IMG/VR virus record: IMGVR_UViG_3300032267_001142
Coordinates: 64,001 to 128,000 of that record
Reading direction: 5' to 3' (one strand)
DNA from: a virus
Length of the DNA: 64,000 nucleotides
In this document: in pieces, positions 63,848-64,000 of the stretch
Layout of the letters: each line of letters starts with the position of its first letter
Position numbering within the stretch: position 1 is the stretch's first letter
Translations under genes and position numbers: made by a program
Notes under the pieces: generated by a model
Database searches by the model: none
What the model saw: only the letters and a program-made list of their open reading frames with translations
What the model was told of the DNA's origin: nothing

Positions 63848-64000
63848 ATATTAACAGATTATGTTAATTTACACCATTAGTGGTGTGATGTGAGGGTTAT
63901 CTTGGAATTAGAGCCTATTTCTAGTAGCGACACTGCCAAAGCGTTGAACGTGGCCCGTCATAGTAACGGGATAAAGAAATGCGTTTCTCAACCGCTAGAA

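Noticed and set aside
60491-63888. Shared CA-TTAG-TG hairpin loops at 60491-60507 and 63871-63886
   Set aside because: Only two instances, in opposite orientation relative to their downstream genes; likely chance.
1-64000. Stop-codon reassignment (alternative genetic code)
   Set aside because: Coding density is high under the standard code, and TAA, TAG and TGA each end recognisable full-length proteins. No suppressor tRNA is seen.
1-64000. CRISPR array or cas operon (prompted by the Cas4-like nuclease at 22767)
   Set aside because: No repeat-spacer array and no cas1/cas2 were seen. The nuclease sits among replication genes, as is usual for phage RecB-like exonucleases.
63915-64000. tRNA-like fold at the window end (CCCGT-CATAGTA-ACGGG hairpin, TAG in the loop)
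   Set aside because: No U33, no recognisable D/T arms, an imperfect acceptor stem, and truncated by the window edge.

Overview
This window is a 64 kb piece of a large tailed dsDNA phage genome in the standard genetic code; TAA, TAG and TGA all act as stops. No host can be assigned from the sequence. There are three blocks. (1) 1-12.3 kb (+): five Ser/Gly-rich putative virion/tail genes, one with a Calx-beta-like domain. (2) 12.2-43.2 kb (-): a replication, nucleotide and glycosylation module. It includes a DnaE-type polymerase whose PHP domain sits on a separate gene and which carries a 132-aa mini-intein, two DEDDh exonucleases, an SF1 helicase, DnaB, a primase with a degenerate Toprim site, RecA, NrdA (149-aa mini-intein at the catalytic Cys), NrdB, DHFR, a dNMP kinase, a dCMP deaminase, a sigma factor, Gmd and about seven glycosyltransferase genes. 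(3) 43.5-63.3 kb (+): an accessory and counter-defence block with two RNA ligases, a PNK-like kinase, phosphoesterases, DNA ligase, NAMPT plus NadM-Nudix, an atypical ThyA, a pyrimidine-dimer glycosylase, a DUF4326-SLOG fusion, an HNH nuclease and three non-canonical tRNAs (Gly-GCC, Gly-TCC, Asn-GTT with a 23-nt variable arm), followed by a second, minus-strand HNH gene (63.3-63.8 kb). The best candidate for an undescribed system is a self-contained four-gene operon at 46490-48896: ABC-ATPase-GNAT fusion, MazG-like protein, stand-alone class II aminoacyl-tRNA-synthetase-like core, and a frameshifted NADAR. Also notable are a ThyA lacking the substrate-specificity Asn, a structured GTAC-rich element at the strand switch, and many sigma70-like promoters placed for leaderless translation. 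All family assignments come from motif recognition by eye; no database search was run.
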